Below the pieces are notes generated by a model that ran no database searches, was not told the DNA's origin, and saw only the letters and a program-made list of their open reading frames with translations. This document shows, one piece after another, positions 36,498-45,820 of a stretch of DNA of 47,945 nt (position 1 is the stretch's first letter; each line of letters opens with the position of its first letter). Made by a program: the position numbers and the translations under genes. The stretch comes from a virus (taxonomy: Duplodnaviria > Caudoviricetes): IMG/VR virus record IMGVR_UViG_3300045580_000402, positions 1 through 47,945 of that record; one strand, 5' to 3'.

Positions 36498-37994
36498 TCA
36501 GCCGCCTGCCGCGGTCGCGATGACCACGATCGGGCCGGCCTTCTCGTCGGTTCCGGTGCCGTGCACCTTGATGTCGAACCGGCTCGTGGCGATGGCGAGC
36601 ACCTCGTCGGTCGCCATGAGCAGCTGGTCGCTCGTCTTGTAGGTCATCTCGCGACGCATTCCGAGGGCCGTGCCCAGACGGAGATCGCCGAGGATGAACT
36701 TCACCTTCCCGGGATCGGTCCCGAGAACGTTGTCCATGACGTTGACGAGCTCCACCGGGATCCCGCCGAACGGCTGCGCGAACCCGTTCGTGATGTCGTT
36801 CCCGGTGTTCCCCTGCTTCTTGAACTTCAGCCGCTGCATCGACGCGGCGTAGACCGCCGGCGAGCAGAACCACCGCAGCGTCGGCGTCCACGCGTACTGC
36901 GGCAGACGAGCCATCGCGAAGATGAAGTCGTCCTCGTCGAAGTCCTCGACGGCATCGGCCGCCGCGTGGTAGAGCCCCTTGCGGGGGTTGCCGTCGTAGG
37001 CTTCGAGCATCGAGGGGATGATGCCCTTGATGCCCTGGTGGTCACCCAGCGGATTGCCGTCGCCGTTGAACCCGCAATCGTCCATGCCTTCGGCGAAGGC
37101 GAGGCCGATCTCGTATACGGTGTCCGAGCCGATCTCGATGATCGAGTCTTCGCTGACCTCGGTCGAGTAGCGGTTATCCACGGCGAACTTCTTGGCCACG
37201 AACTGCACGTCGTCCCACTCGCGTTGGGACTGCGCGGCGGTCTGCAGCTGCTTCATCGGCTTCATCTTGAGGCCCTGCAGCCGCCGAGGATGCCGCTGCT
37301 CGCCAGACTTCATCGGCACCAGCTTCGTGTTCCGGCGGAAGACGCCGTGCTCGTCGATGAACTTGATGACCTCGTCCGACACGATCGTCGGGATCACGGC
37401 CGCGTCGTCGTCCGTGTTCTGCGCCCGCTTGAGCAGGCCGTGCTCCTGGCAGTACTTGCGTGCCCGGGCGTTGCCCGCGAACGACGCCAGCACCGCCTGG
37501 CCGACGTCATAGGCTCGCTTTTCGGCGTCGACGCCGGAACCGAAGCCCTTGATCTCGCCGCGCGTCGGCCGGGCGAACACACGGCCCTCGGCATCGCCAT
37601 CGCCGCTGCGCCGCGAGCGGGCCTGGTAGCCATCGGCACCATGCCCCTCGTCGCTGCCGACGTCCGCATCACCAGCGGCGTCACCGCTGGCATCTCGGCT
37701 GGCCGGCCGGCCTTCGGCACGGGCGGAACGGGCGGACGCGATCGCGTTCTTCCGCATCTCGGCCTGCTCGTTGGCGATCTTGCGATTCCGGAGCACCTGC
37801 TTCCACAGCTTGGAAGCCCGACCCTGGACGTCCTCGATGAGTGCCGAGCGGGCCTCGGCATCATCCGTCGACTCGTCCTCGGGGGCTTCCTCGGCCTCGT
37901 CGATGAGCACCTTGGCCTCGGCGACGAGCTCCGCGATCTGCGCGAGAAGCGCGAGGGTCTTCTTGCTGTCGGTCTGCTGGGGGGCAGTGTCCAT
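36498..37994 (-). CDS. HK97-fold major capsid protein with N-terminal scaffold (delta) domain
   Basis: Coiled N-terminus; IPTIVSDEVI, STEVSEDS, DDCGFNGDG, GIPV, ILGDL, RFDIKV. Confidence 0.92.
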   Translation of the reverse strand: MDTAPQQTDSKKTLALLAQIAELVAEAKVLIDEAEEAPEDESTDDAEARSALIEDVQGRASKLWKQVLRNRKIANEQAEMRKNAIASARSARAEGRPASRDASGDAAGDADVGSDEGHGADGYQARSRRSGDGDAEGRVFARPTRGEIKGFGSGVDAEKRAYDVGQAVLASFAGNARARKYCQEHGLLKRAQNTDDDAAVIPTIVSDEVIKFIDEHGVFRRNTKLVPMKSGEQRHPRRLQGLKMKPMKQLQTAAQSQREWDDVQFVAKKFAVDNRYSTEVSEDSIIEIGSDTVYEIGLAFAEGMDDCGFNGDGNPLGDHQGIKGIIPSMLEAYDGNPRKGLYHAAADAVEDFDEDDFIFAMARLPQYAWTPTLRWFCSPAVYAASMQRLKFKKQGNTGNDITNGFAQPFGGIPVELVNVMDNVLGTDPGKVKFILGDLRLGTALGMRREMTYKTSDQLLMATDEVLAIATSRFDIKVHGTGTDEKAGPIVVIATAAGG

Positions 37995-38103
37995 CCCGAT
38001 GTCGGCGGTAGCGGTGGCGGCCAAGGTATTGTCTCCGCGTGGTGTGTCAGCGAGGCCGTGTGCCTCGTCCCTGTACCGTACGACCGACCCCCGCACTCGT
38101 CGC

Positions 38104-38295
38104 TCAACGAGTGTTGTAATTTCGGCGCTGCGCATCGCAGGCCTTCACCACGCACCGACACAGACCGGCCCCGCACGTGCGGCACTCCAGGTACCGCAGG
38201 CGATATCCGCCGCCGATGCGGCGGCTGCTGCGGATGCGCCTTCGCGCGCCGCACTCGGTGCACTGGCCGGGTGAATTCTCGCGACTACCTGCCAC
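38104..38295 (-). CDS. Zinc-ribbon protein (Ogr/Delta-like)
   Basis: CTECG...IRSSR...RYLECRTCG. Confidence 0.6.
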   Translation of the reverse strand: MAGSRENSPGQCTECGARRRIRSSRRIGGGYRLRYLECRTCGAGLCRCVVKACDAQRRNYNTR

Positions 38296-38956
38296 GAATG
38301 AGCCTCGACAGCTCTGCCTGCTTCTTGCGGAATCGAGACATGTCAGGCCGCTTGCGGACCTCACGTACCTCGCGGTCAAACGATCGCTGGAGGAGCTGGA
38401 GATCGCCTTCGCCGTACGCCGGGAACGTGCACGGGCCGACATCCAGGATCATCTGGGCTCGATAGATCGTCTTCACGCTGCGGCCCTGGGCGTCCTTCGA
38501 CCACGCGTAATCGCCCTTCTGCTTCCCGGGCTTGTAGAGGAACGACGATCCGCGCACGATCCCGGCCTCGATGTTCGTCATCAGATCGCGGGCGTACGTC
38601 GTGTCTTCCAGCGGGTGCTCGTAGTACAGGCCATAGTCGTCCTGCAGGAGCTTGAGCGACGTCGGGTAGGCAGCCAGCGGCATGTCGTCGTTGTGGTTCC
38701 ACAGTGCCTTGCACATGAGCGACCGCTTGCCCTCGTTGGCCTCGTCGACCATCCAAAACGCCCCCGGGGCGATCCGCTCGATATACGGGCCAACGGCCCC
38801 GTCAAGCGTGTCGACGTTGAACGGCACGGCATACGCGCAGAGGTACACCTTCTCGACGCCGTCGATTGATCGCTTCTCCAGCCGGAGGAGCTTCTTGATG
38901 TCCTCTTTCGTGTGCTCGAAATTGAAGAACCGCCGCTGAAATCCGTGGTCGTTCAT
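38285..38956 (-). CDS. HK97-family prohead protease (S78)
   Basis: YAVPFN, ERIAPGAF, ALWNH, GSSF, DVGPCTFPAY. Confidence 0.93.
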   Translation of the reverse strand: MNDHGFQRRFFNFEHTKEDIKKLLRLEKRSIDGVEKVYLCAYAVPFNVDTLDGAVGPYIERIAPGAFWMVDEANEGKRSLMCKALWNHNDDMPLAAYPTSLKLLQDDYGLYYEHPLEDTTYARDLMTNIEAGIVRGSSFLYKPGKQKGDYAWSKDAQGRSVKTIYRAQMILDVGPCTFPAYGEGDLQLLQRSFDREVREVRKRPDMSRFRKKQAELSRLIRGR

Positions 38957-40704
38957 GTGTTTTCCTCCTGGCTGTCGGTCGGCGGCTGGTCGCCATCAGT
39001 CGGCTGTTCCGGTGGCTGCTCCGGTGGCTGCTCCGCTTGCTGGTCGGTCACCGTAGACAGGGCATTCGCTTGCGGAGCATCTTCCGCTCCAGGAGTGGGT
39101 TCCGGCCCGGGCGTCGGCGAGGGAAGGCCCATAGGCGCTGAAACCGCGTCCACGGTCCTGATCTTCACGCCCCCGACCATCGCATCGACCAGCCCGGCAT
39201 CGAGCTGCGGGAACGCAACTGCCAGCACCGCGCGGGCTCCGTCGTGTGTCAGCTTGCCATCGGCCACGTCGTCGATGACCTGCAGCAGCACGCTCACCTG
39301 CGGCGCTTCCGGCTGCGCCCCGGGCACGGCCCCCTCGATGATGCCGACCACTTCCTCGTCAGAAAGCATCGGGTTCTGCACCGCCAGAAGCACTCGGGCC
39401 GCGGCAGGCGAGATACCGCCCGAGGCAAGGCGGTCGAGCACCGGCTCGATGTTTTCGGGCTTCGCTGCCTCGCGCCGTGCCATGCGCTCCAGGGTCGTGT
39501 AATTCTCGGGCACGAGGTGGATGTCGCCGCCAGGGACAGGGTTGCGCCCCTCTCGCGCACGCGACTCGTTGACCGCGTTGATGCCCCACTGCACCCCCTT
39601 GGTCTCGTAGTCCATGCGGGACGCACCGTCACCCCGCTCAAGCTCGTCGAGCTGGAAGCGGACGAAGTGCGTGGACTGGTCGAGAACCAAGCTGCGGGCG
39701 AACGCGTGCTCCAGACGAGTGCACCGCGGGGCGATGCAGTGGTTGCGGAAGTCGATCGCGCCCTGCTCGACAGTGGCGTACTTGAGGTTGCTGAACAGCT
39801 GCACCATGTGCGGGGGCACCCGCATGATCGAGCAGACCCGCCCGGCCTCGAACTCCAGGGCCTCTGTGAACTGCGACTCCTGGTTGGTCGCGGCCCCGAA
39901 TTCCTTGGCCTTCACGCCCCCGTCGAGGATGGCGGTCCGGTGAGCGTTTTCTGGCCCCCGGTGGATGCGCTCCCATGATTCCCGGAGGGCCTCGCACGTG
40001 TCGTCGTCGAGCTCGGCATCGGACTCTAGCACAACGCCGGGCCGGGCTCCGTTGCTGAAAAAACGGCTGGCGTGCCTCTCCATCGCGCGGCACAGCGCGA
40101 TCGTGTCTCGCCCGAGATCGAGCAGGGGCTGCCCCTTGCGCTCCCCGAAACGATTCGTCACCGGCATGAAGTGCATCCAGAACATATCGTCCTGGCCGTA
40201 CGTGCCGGTGCTGCCGTCGTCGTGAATCACCTCGAATGCAAGCTCGCCGTTGCGCATGGGCACGCACCGCACCTGCGTCGGGTGCAGGGGATCGAGCCCG
40301 ACGATCGTTCCGCCCGGACCCTGGATCAGCAGCGAGTAGCACTCGCCCCACAGCTCGAAGTTGACGAGCGTTCGCTCCAGCCACTCAACCTTGGATAGCG
40401 ACGGATGGATCGAGGAGGACAGCAGCGTGTCGAGCCACCCGGGCTCCAAGACGGAGCCGCCGCCGGGAGTTCTGCGATAGTGATGCAGGCCGACGGTTGC
40501 GATCGTCTCCGTGACCACGCGGGCGCAGGAAAAAAATGCGGCCGTCCGCATGGCCGTTCGCTCGCTGACGCGCACGCCGGCGGAGATTGTTCCGCCCGAG
40601 TCCGGATCGCCGTCGTCGAGCCAGCGCATGGTCTCCGGGCTGTACGAACGGCTCACGAGCGAGCGGACACGCGGGGTCGAAATGAGGCGGCCTTGGGAGA
40701 TCAT
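38953..40704 (-). CDS. HK97-family portal protein with C-terminal extension
   Basis: FFSNGARPG, AILDGG, RVPPHMV, NESRAREGRNPVPGGD. Confidence 0.95.
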   Translation of the reverse strand: MISQGRLISTPRVRSLVSRSYSPETMRWLDDGDPDSGGTISAGVRVSERTAMRTAAFFSCARVVTETIATVGLHHYRRTPGGGSVLEPGWLDTLLSSSIHPSLSKVEWLERTLVNFELWGECYSLLIQGPGGTIVGLDPLHPTQVRCVPMRNGELAFEVIHDDGSTGTYGQDDMFWMHFMPVTNRFGERKGQPLLDLGRDTIALCRAMERHASRFFSNGARPGVVLESDAELDDDTCEALRESWERIHRGPENAHRTAILDGGVKAKEFGAATNQESQFTEALEFEAGRVCSIMRVPPHMVQLFSNLKYATVEQGAIDFRNHCIAPRCTRLEHAFARSLVLDQSTHFVRFQLDELERGDGASRMDYETKGVQWGINAVNESRAREGRNPVPGGDIHLVPENYTTLERMARREAAKPENIEPVLDRLASGGISPAAARVLLAVQNPMLSDEEVVGIIEGAVPGAQPEAPQVSVLLQVIDDVADGKLTHDGARAVLAVAFPQLDAGLVDAMVGGVKIRTVDAVSAPMGLPSPTPGPEPTPGAEDAPQANALSTVTDQQAEQPPEQPPEQPTDGDQPPTDSQEENT

Positions 40705-42362
40705 CAGCGGCACCTGGGCTTCGGGCGTGGCTTGGGCTTTTCTTGGCCGCCGTGGATCCATGCTCCAAGGGCCATGCAGAGGGCGAGAATCCCGTCAACG
40801 CGGGCCGGGGACTTCGGCGCGGGCTTGAGCGGACGGATCAATCCGTCGGCACTCGTGCGGATCGCGACGTTGTTCGCCTGCCAGTCGAGTGCCGGTGAGT
40901 TGTGCCGCAGCCGCTTGTTGGCGATGAGCGTCTCGAGCAGGCGGCACGGGGCGTTCATGCCCGCAAACCCCTGCTGGTACCGATTGACCTCGATTCCTCC
41001 AGCGTCAAGCTGGTTCGTGATGTGCGTCGCGTTGTGGGGGTCGATGGCTACCATCCGCAACACGTGCCTCTTGGACATCGCTTCGATGTCGCGCCGAATG
41101 AACTCGTAGTCCGTCACGCCGCCCTGTGTCTTCACGACGTGGCCAGCCTTCACCCATTCTGTGTATGGAGCCCCATCTCGTCGCTCGTGCGCGGCCAGCA
41201 GATCCTCCGCCAGATAGATCCGCGAAACGATGTCGAAGCTTGTTTCTCCCGCGGAATCCAGGTACGGAAAGATCGCGACGACAGCGGTCGTGTCCTCTGA
41301 CCACGCCAAATCGACGCCGACCCAGCACTCGTGACCGTCGAGTGAATGCGGTGGATTACCCCGGCATGCAGCCCACGCGTCCGGCTTGATCCAGCGGGAA
41401 TCCTGCTGCGTCCAGATGTTGAGCCGGTAACGCAAGAACTCGTTGAGCTTCGTCGGCTCGGAATCGGCCTCGCGTGCCTCGGCCGCGAAGTCTTCCTCCG
41501 AAAAGGTGACGCCGAACGACGGATTGGCCTTCCGCCAGGTGTCGGGAGACCGCCAGTCGTCCTCGGGCGTCGCGGCCCGGATGAACGGGAAAAAAGTTGG
41601 GTCAACCTTCCAGTCGGCGAGAACACGTTCGGCATATTTCCGCTGCTCGAAGCAGATCGAGTTGCGGTCCACGCCGGCGGTCGTGATCGCGAGGAGCATG
41701 GGCTGATCCCGCGCGGCGCCGCCGTAGCGAAGGGCCGACCACAGGCGGCGATTCCGCTGGGCGTGCAGCTCGTCGAACAAAAGGCCGTGGATGTTCAGTC
41801 CCTCGGCGAGCCGCGCGTCGGCAGAAATGACGCGGTAGAACGAGCTCGTCGCCTGGTACGTGATCGTCCTGGACGACGGCACCGGCTTCAGGTGAACGCC
41901 GAGCGCGTTGGATAGCGTGATGCACCGCACGGCCTCGTCGAACACGAGCGCCGCCTGTTTCCGGTCCGCGGCCGCCGAGTACACCTGAGCGCCAAACTCG
42001 CCGTCCGCGCAGAGGAGATAGAGCCCGATCCCTGCAAGCAGTGTCGATTTTCCGTGTGCGTCTTGGCCCCCGCAGCGTCACGCCGCGAGGGCCAAGACGC
42101 CGTTTTTTTTGGGCACCTCGATGTAGCCGATGCGGTACCTTCGGAAGCCGTTGTCGACACGCCGCCACCCGAACAGCTCCTCGACGATTTCGACGCGCTG
42201 CCACTCCTGCAGCTCGAACGGCTTGCCGGCCCACTTGCCGATCGAGTGCCGCAGAAACGTCGGAAAGAACTCGCACGCGTGATCCGCTGCGGCCTGGTCG
42301 AAATAGAAGTCGATCCCGCACTCAAGAGCTGCGTCGCGCGACAAACGCTGCAAGTGGGTCAT
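40704..42362 (-). CDS. terL: Terminase large subunit, interrupted in Walker A by a 48-nt hairpin insert carrying an in-frame UGA (42078-42080)
   Basis: N-part ...YIEVPKKNG and C-part KSTLLAG...FDELH...ITTAG...GVDL...RVDG are in the same frame. Confidence 0.93.
42058..42100 (-). other. 20-bp RNA stem with UGA triloop inside terL
   Basis: GCGUCUUGGCCCUCGCGGCG-UGA-CGCUGCGGGGGCCAAGACGC. Confidence 0.9.
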
Positions 42363-42807
42363 TTGGCACCTTGGGGGACGTCTGAATCTCCGACCGGCTC
42401 GCGGGCGTAAACCCAAATTCCCGCTCGACGCGGAGCATCTGCTCGTCGAGCTTCGCGAGCATGGTGGCCGCGGGCGTGATCTGCATGTACCGCACGCGAC
42501 CGGACTCCTCGCGCATCACAAGCACGTCCAGGCCTCGGCGCACCTGGTCGAGATACTTGTGATACCGCTCGTACATCACGCAGTAGCGGGCGACCGTGTC
42601 GATGTCCGCATTGGTCATCAGGCTCATGTCGACGAGCTTCTTGACGACCTCGTGCCACTTTTCGAGCGACACTCCCTGCAGATACGAGGGCGGCTCGATC
42701 GCGTCCGCAGGTGGCTGCGGCTCGCCCTCGTTGAGCGGACGATGCCCGGGGTTTCCCCGCAGAATGCGGAGAGCCGTCGGCTGCGGAGGAGGGCCTCGCC
42801 TACCCAT
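42322..42807 (-). CDS. terS: Terminase small subunit, P27 family
   Basis: RGPPPQPT...GNPG...EFGFTPASRS. Confidence 0.93.
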   Translation of the reverse strand: MGRRGPPPQPTALRILRGNPGHRPLNEGEPQPPADAIEPPSYLQGVSLEKWHEVVKKLVDMSLMTNADIDTVARYCVMYERYHKYLDQVRRGLDVLVMREESGRVRYMQITPAATMLAKLDEQMLRVEREFGFTPASRSEIQTSPKVPNDPLAAFVARRSS

Positions 42808-44029
42808 GCGATTGCACCTGGTCGCCGTCCGCGAGGACGGCCTTCTTACCCGTGAGCGCCTCCCACCGCTTCACCACGACGTCGCAATACGCCGGAGACA
42901 GCTCGATCCCGCGGCACTTTCGCCCGAGCTGCTCGGCCGCGATGAGCGTGGTGCCCGATCCGAGGAATCCATCGAATACAACCCCGTCCAGCGCACTGCT
43001 GTTGCGGAGGAGGTAGGCGATGAGAGCCACGGGCTTCATCGTGGGGTGATCCCCGTTAACAGACGGGCGATCGAACTCGAGTACGGTCGTTTGCGAACGG
43101 TCGGAGTGCCACTCGTGCGCCGCCCCTTCCTTCCAGCCGTATAGGCATGGCTCGTGCTTCCACTGGTAGTCCTGCCGGCCGAGCACCAGGCGGTCCTTCA
43201 CCCAGATGAGGCACTGCCGGACCCGCTCGCCACAGTCGTGGACGGCCCCACGGAAGTTGAGGCCCTCGGAATCGGCATGCCAGATGTAGAAGGCGCCGCC
43301 CGGCTTCAGGGCTGCGAAGGCAGCCTCGAAGGCCGCACGAAGGAACGACCGGAACTCTGCGTTCGGCATGGAGTCGTTCTCGATCGTGAGGGCGTCCTTC
43401 GTGCGGCCGACGTAGGCGACGTTGTAGGGTGGGTCGGTCATCCAGATGTGGGCGAGCTCGCCGGCCATCACCCGCGCAACGTCGCCGGCCTGGGTGGCGT
43501 CACCGCACAGGACGCGGTGCTCTCCGAGCATCCACAGGTCGCCCGGCTTCGTGACAGGATCGGCCGGTGGCTCCGGAACCTCGTCTTCCACGACCGCATC
43601 CTGGCCGCCGGCATCCACGCCCCACTCCGCGGACAGGTCGTCGTACATTCCGCGCAGGGCGTCGTCGTCAGTCGCCACATCACGCAGCAGGGATTCGAGC
43701 GCCTCGGCATTGGCCTCCGCCATCGCGGCCAGGGGGTCGAGGGAGAGCAGCAGCTTGTCGGCCTCCGCCTCGGTGAGATCGAGGACCAGCACGGGCACCT
43801 CAATGTCCGGGGTCGTCTCGGCCCGCAGGTGGCCGTCCACGAGCTGGAGCCGGCCGTCCGGCAGCTCCCGGGCCAGGAGCGCGTCCGCATAGCCGATCTC
43901 AGCCAGGATCCCCCGCAGCGCGGCCGCCTGCTTCTCGGGGTGCGCCCGCCAGTTCCGCGGGTGCGGCACCAGGTCGCTCGCACGCACTCTGGCGAGCCTC
44001 AGGACACGGTTTCGCACGGCGGTGGTCAT
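42800..44029 (-). CDS. ParB-N plus N6/N4 DNA methyltransferase
   Basis: HPRNWRAH, VDGHLR; TDPPYN, HPTMKP, DGFLGSGTT. Confidence 0.95.
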   Translation of the reverse strand: MTTAVRNRVLRLARVRASDLVPHPRNWRAHPEKQAAALRGILAEIGYADALLARELPDGRLQLVDGHLRAETTPDIEVPVLVLDLTEAEADKLLLSLDPLAAMAEANAEALESLLRDVATDDDALRGMYDDLSAEWGVDAGGQDAVVEDEVPEPPADPVTKPGDLWMLGEHRVLCGDATQAGDVARVMAGELAHIWMTDPPYNVAYVGRTKDALTIENDSMPNAEFRSFLRAAFEAAFAALKPGGAFYIWHADSEGLNFRGAVHDCGERVRQCLIWVKDRLVLGRQDYQWKHEPCLYGWKEGAAHEWHSDRSQTTVLEFDRPSVNGDHPTMKPVALIAYLLRNSSALDGVVFDGFLGSGTTLIAAEQLGRKCRGIELSPAYCDVVVKRWEALTGKKAVLADGDQVQSHG

Positions 44030-44925
44030 GTCGAACCCCCCCCTCCGAAAACCTGCGGGCGCCCCTCTGCGGCAAGCGGGTGGTTTGTAATCTGGGGGTC
44101 CTCTGAACATCTGGAGGGGGCCTGGGGGGCATGGGATGTCTCATCCTCCATCCTGTCAGACTTGATCGCGTTGCACCGAGAGCAGGCACACCGCACGTTG
44201 TGCCAGTCGTGATCACCACCCTTGCTCAGTGGTATGGGATGGTGGTCGATCGTTGGAGACCGCGGGTCATCATGGCGATACTCCTCGCTTGTCTGCTGGC
44301 CGCATATGTGGCAGAAGAAGCCGTCCCTCTTGAACACAGCGAGGCGTGTGACTGCCGGATTGAAACGGCCTCCGTAGGTTCGGCACCGACGCCTGTGGTT
44401 TCCAACCAGCCTTCTCGTCCTCCGCCGGCACTCTCTTCTGGCAACGAGAGCAGCATCTTTCTTGCACGCCTCACAGCACGCCCGTGCAACAGGAGCCGCG
44501 TTCAGAACCGTCTCTCCGCACGCGAAACACTGTCGCTCCTTCCGTTCGGCAAACGAACATTCGCGAGAGCAATACGATGCCCTGCGTCCACGCAGCCCAG
44601 ATGTGCTGAAGGACCGTGAGCATCGCTTGCAGAACGCTATGGGAGTTGGTGGCAAATGCCTTCCGTGAAGCCGATCCCACTGATGCATCCAGTTTCCGAT
44701 GCTAGCCGCCAACTCTGCGCCTCCACCGGCCGCATCTCGCTTCTTTTGAGCAGCAATTGCCATGGCTTTCTTGGCATCGAAATAGCACTGCCTGCTGCAA
44801 TAGAGGCACCGCTCGCCGTTGGCCGCTCGCGCTGGAGACGGCTTCTTCCGAGTGAACTCATTCCCACATTGTCGGCATTGGTAGCACGCCTTGGGCGAGC
44901 CAGCCGATGGGCTAAGAGACACCAT
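44026..44925 (-). CDS. HNH endonuclease with multiple zinc fingers
   Basis: CSRQC/CSREC repeats; RDGFFCHICG...TIDHHPIPLSKGG...NVRCACSRCN. Confidence 0.88.
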   Translation of the reverse strand: MVSLSPSAGSPKACYQCRQCGNEFTRKKPSPARAANGERCLYCSRQCYFDAKKAMAIAAQKKRDAAGGGAELAASIGNWMHQWDRLHGRHLPPTPIAFCKRCSRSFSTSGLRGRRASYCSRECSFAERKERQCFACGETVLNAAPVARACCEACKKDAALVARRECRRRTRRLVGNHRRRCRTYGGRFNPAVTRLAVFKRDGFFCHICGQQTSEEYRHDDPRSPTIDHHPIPLSKGGDHDWHNVRCACSRCNAIKSDRMEDETSHAPQAPSRCSEDPQITNHPLAAEGRPQVFGGGGST

Positions 44926-45259
44926 ACCCAGCCCCCTTTCCGTCGCTGTTCTCGCGCACCGTCTTCCTGCTGTGGCACTTCGCACACCGGCAACGTCCAT
45001 TGCTCACGTCGTACCTGCTGCATCCGTTCTCGCAGTAGTCCGTGCCCGGCACGATGGGCGAGTTGTGGTCGGCGTGAGCCTCTCGCTTGTCGGTGCAGAC
45101 GCGGCCGCAATCCACGCACGTCCAGGAGTAGAGCCTGAGGACCGCGAGCCTGAACTCACGATGCCGCCGATCCGTGTACCCGCGGTTGGCCGCGCTGGGT
45201 CGGCTCGGTCGGCGACACTTGCCATGTGACCACGGCACTCGCCTCGGCATCAGTAGCAC
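44912..45259 (-). CDS. Packaging-associated HNH endonuclease (HK97 gp74-like)
   Basis: RGY...FRLAVL...CVDCG...ADH...CAKCHSRKT. Confidence 0.85.
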   Translation of the reverse strand: MLLMPRRVPWSHGKCRRPSRPSAANRGYTDRRHREFRLAVLRLYSWTCVDCGRVCTDKREAHADHNSPIVPGTDYCENGCSRYDVSNGRCRCAKCHSRKTVRENSDGKGAGYGVS

Positions 45260-45280
45260 TCCCTGCTCTGTCGCGGGCCG

Positions 45281-45601
45281 TCAAACGGCATGGGTGCCCT
45301 CGACGCCGCGATGCTCGCGCTCAGCCGTGCGGCCCCTTAGCTCGCCCAGCGCCGCATGCAGGTGCTCGATCGCGACCGCGTTCGCGTGGCAAAAGAACCG
45401 CGACCGCTGGTAGAAGACAAGGCGATCGACTGCGGCTGCGATGATGTCCTCGACGAATGCACCGTTTGGCTCTCGCCGCTCATCGCCGCGGCTGAGCGGT
45501 CCGTTCTGCCAGCCGATGCAGAAGCCCTGACCAAACGTGGTGCCACCGGCTGGGTTACCGTCGTCGTCGACGAAGTGGTTGGCAGTGATCGGCGTTCGCA
45601 T
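45281..45601 (-). CDS. Tad1-like anti-defence nucleotide sponge
   Basis: WQNGP...NGAFVEDII...DRL..YQ...F.C.AN..A..HL..AL..L..R...R..RGVEGT matches the Tad1 pattern. Confidence 0.75.
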   Translation of the reverse strand: MRTPITANHFVDDDGNPAGGTTFGQGFCIGWQNGPLSRGDERREPNGAFVEDIIAAAVDRLVFYQRSRFFCHANAVAIEHLHAALGELRGRTAEREHRGVEGTHAV

Positions 45602-45625
45602 CGCTGTTCGGTGCTCCAGTCGGAA

Positions 45626-45700
45626 TAGCAGCGGCTGGACTCGAACCAGCGGTCTTCGGCTTATGAGGCCGACGAGGACTCCAGGCTCCTCCACGCTGCG
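45626..45700 (-). tRNA. tRNA-Met(CAT), initiator-like, no encoded CCA
   Basis: Cloverleaf CGCAGCG/CGCTGCT, D stem GAGG/CCTC, anticodon arm TCGGC-CTCATAA-GCCGA, T arm GCTGG-TTCGAGT-CCAGC. Confidence 0.92.
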
Positions 45701-45820
45701 GCATGGCTATCACCTTGACCGTACACGCCGGACCGTCACCTCGTCGCTCAGCGTTCCGGCGGATTCCTGGCTCGATGCGTGCCGGCATATGCACGACCTT
45801 TCACTGTGGGTGTAGTGCCG

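Noticed and set aside
28881-38465. Long plus-strand ORFs (e.g. 28881..30890, 36561..38465)
   Set aside because: These are antisense shadows of real genes in high-GC DNA, with no motifs.
42052-42110. Intein, group I intron, selenocysteine or simple -1 frameshift as the explanation of the terL break
   Set aside because: 48 nt is too short for an intein or ribozyme. A bacterial SECIS lies 3' of the UGA rather than enclosing it. The -1 frame (41602..42321 ORF) is not terminase-like.
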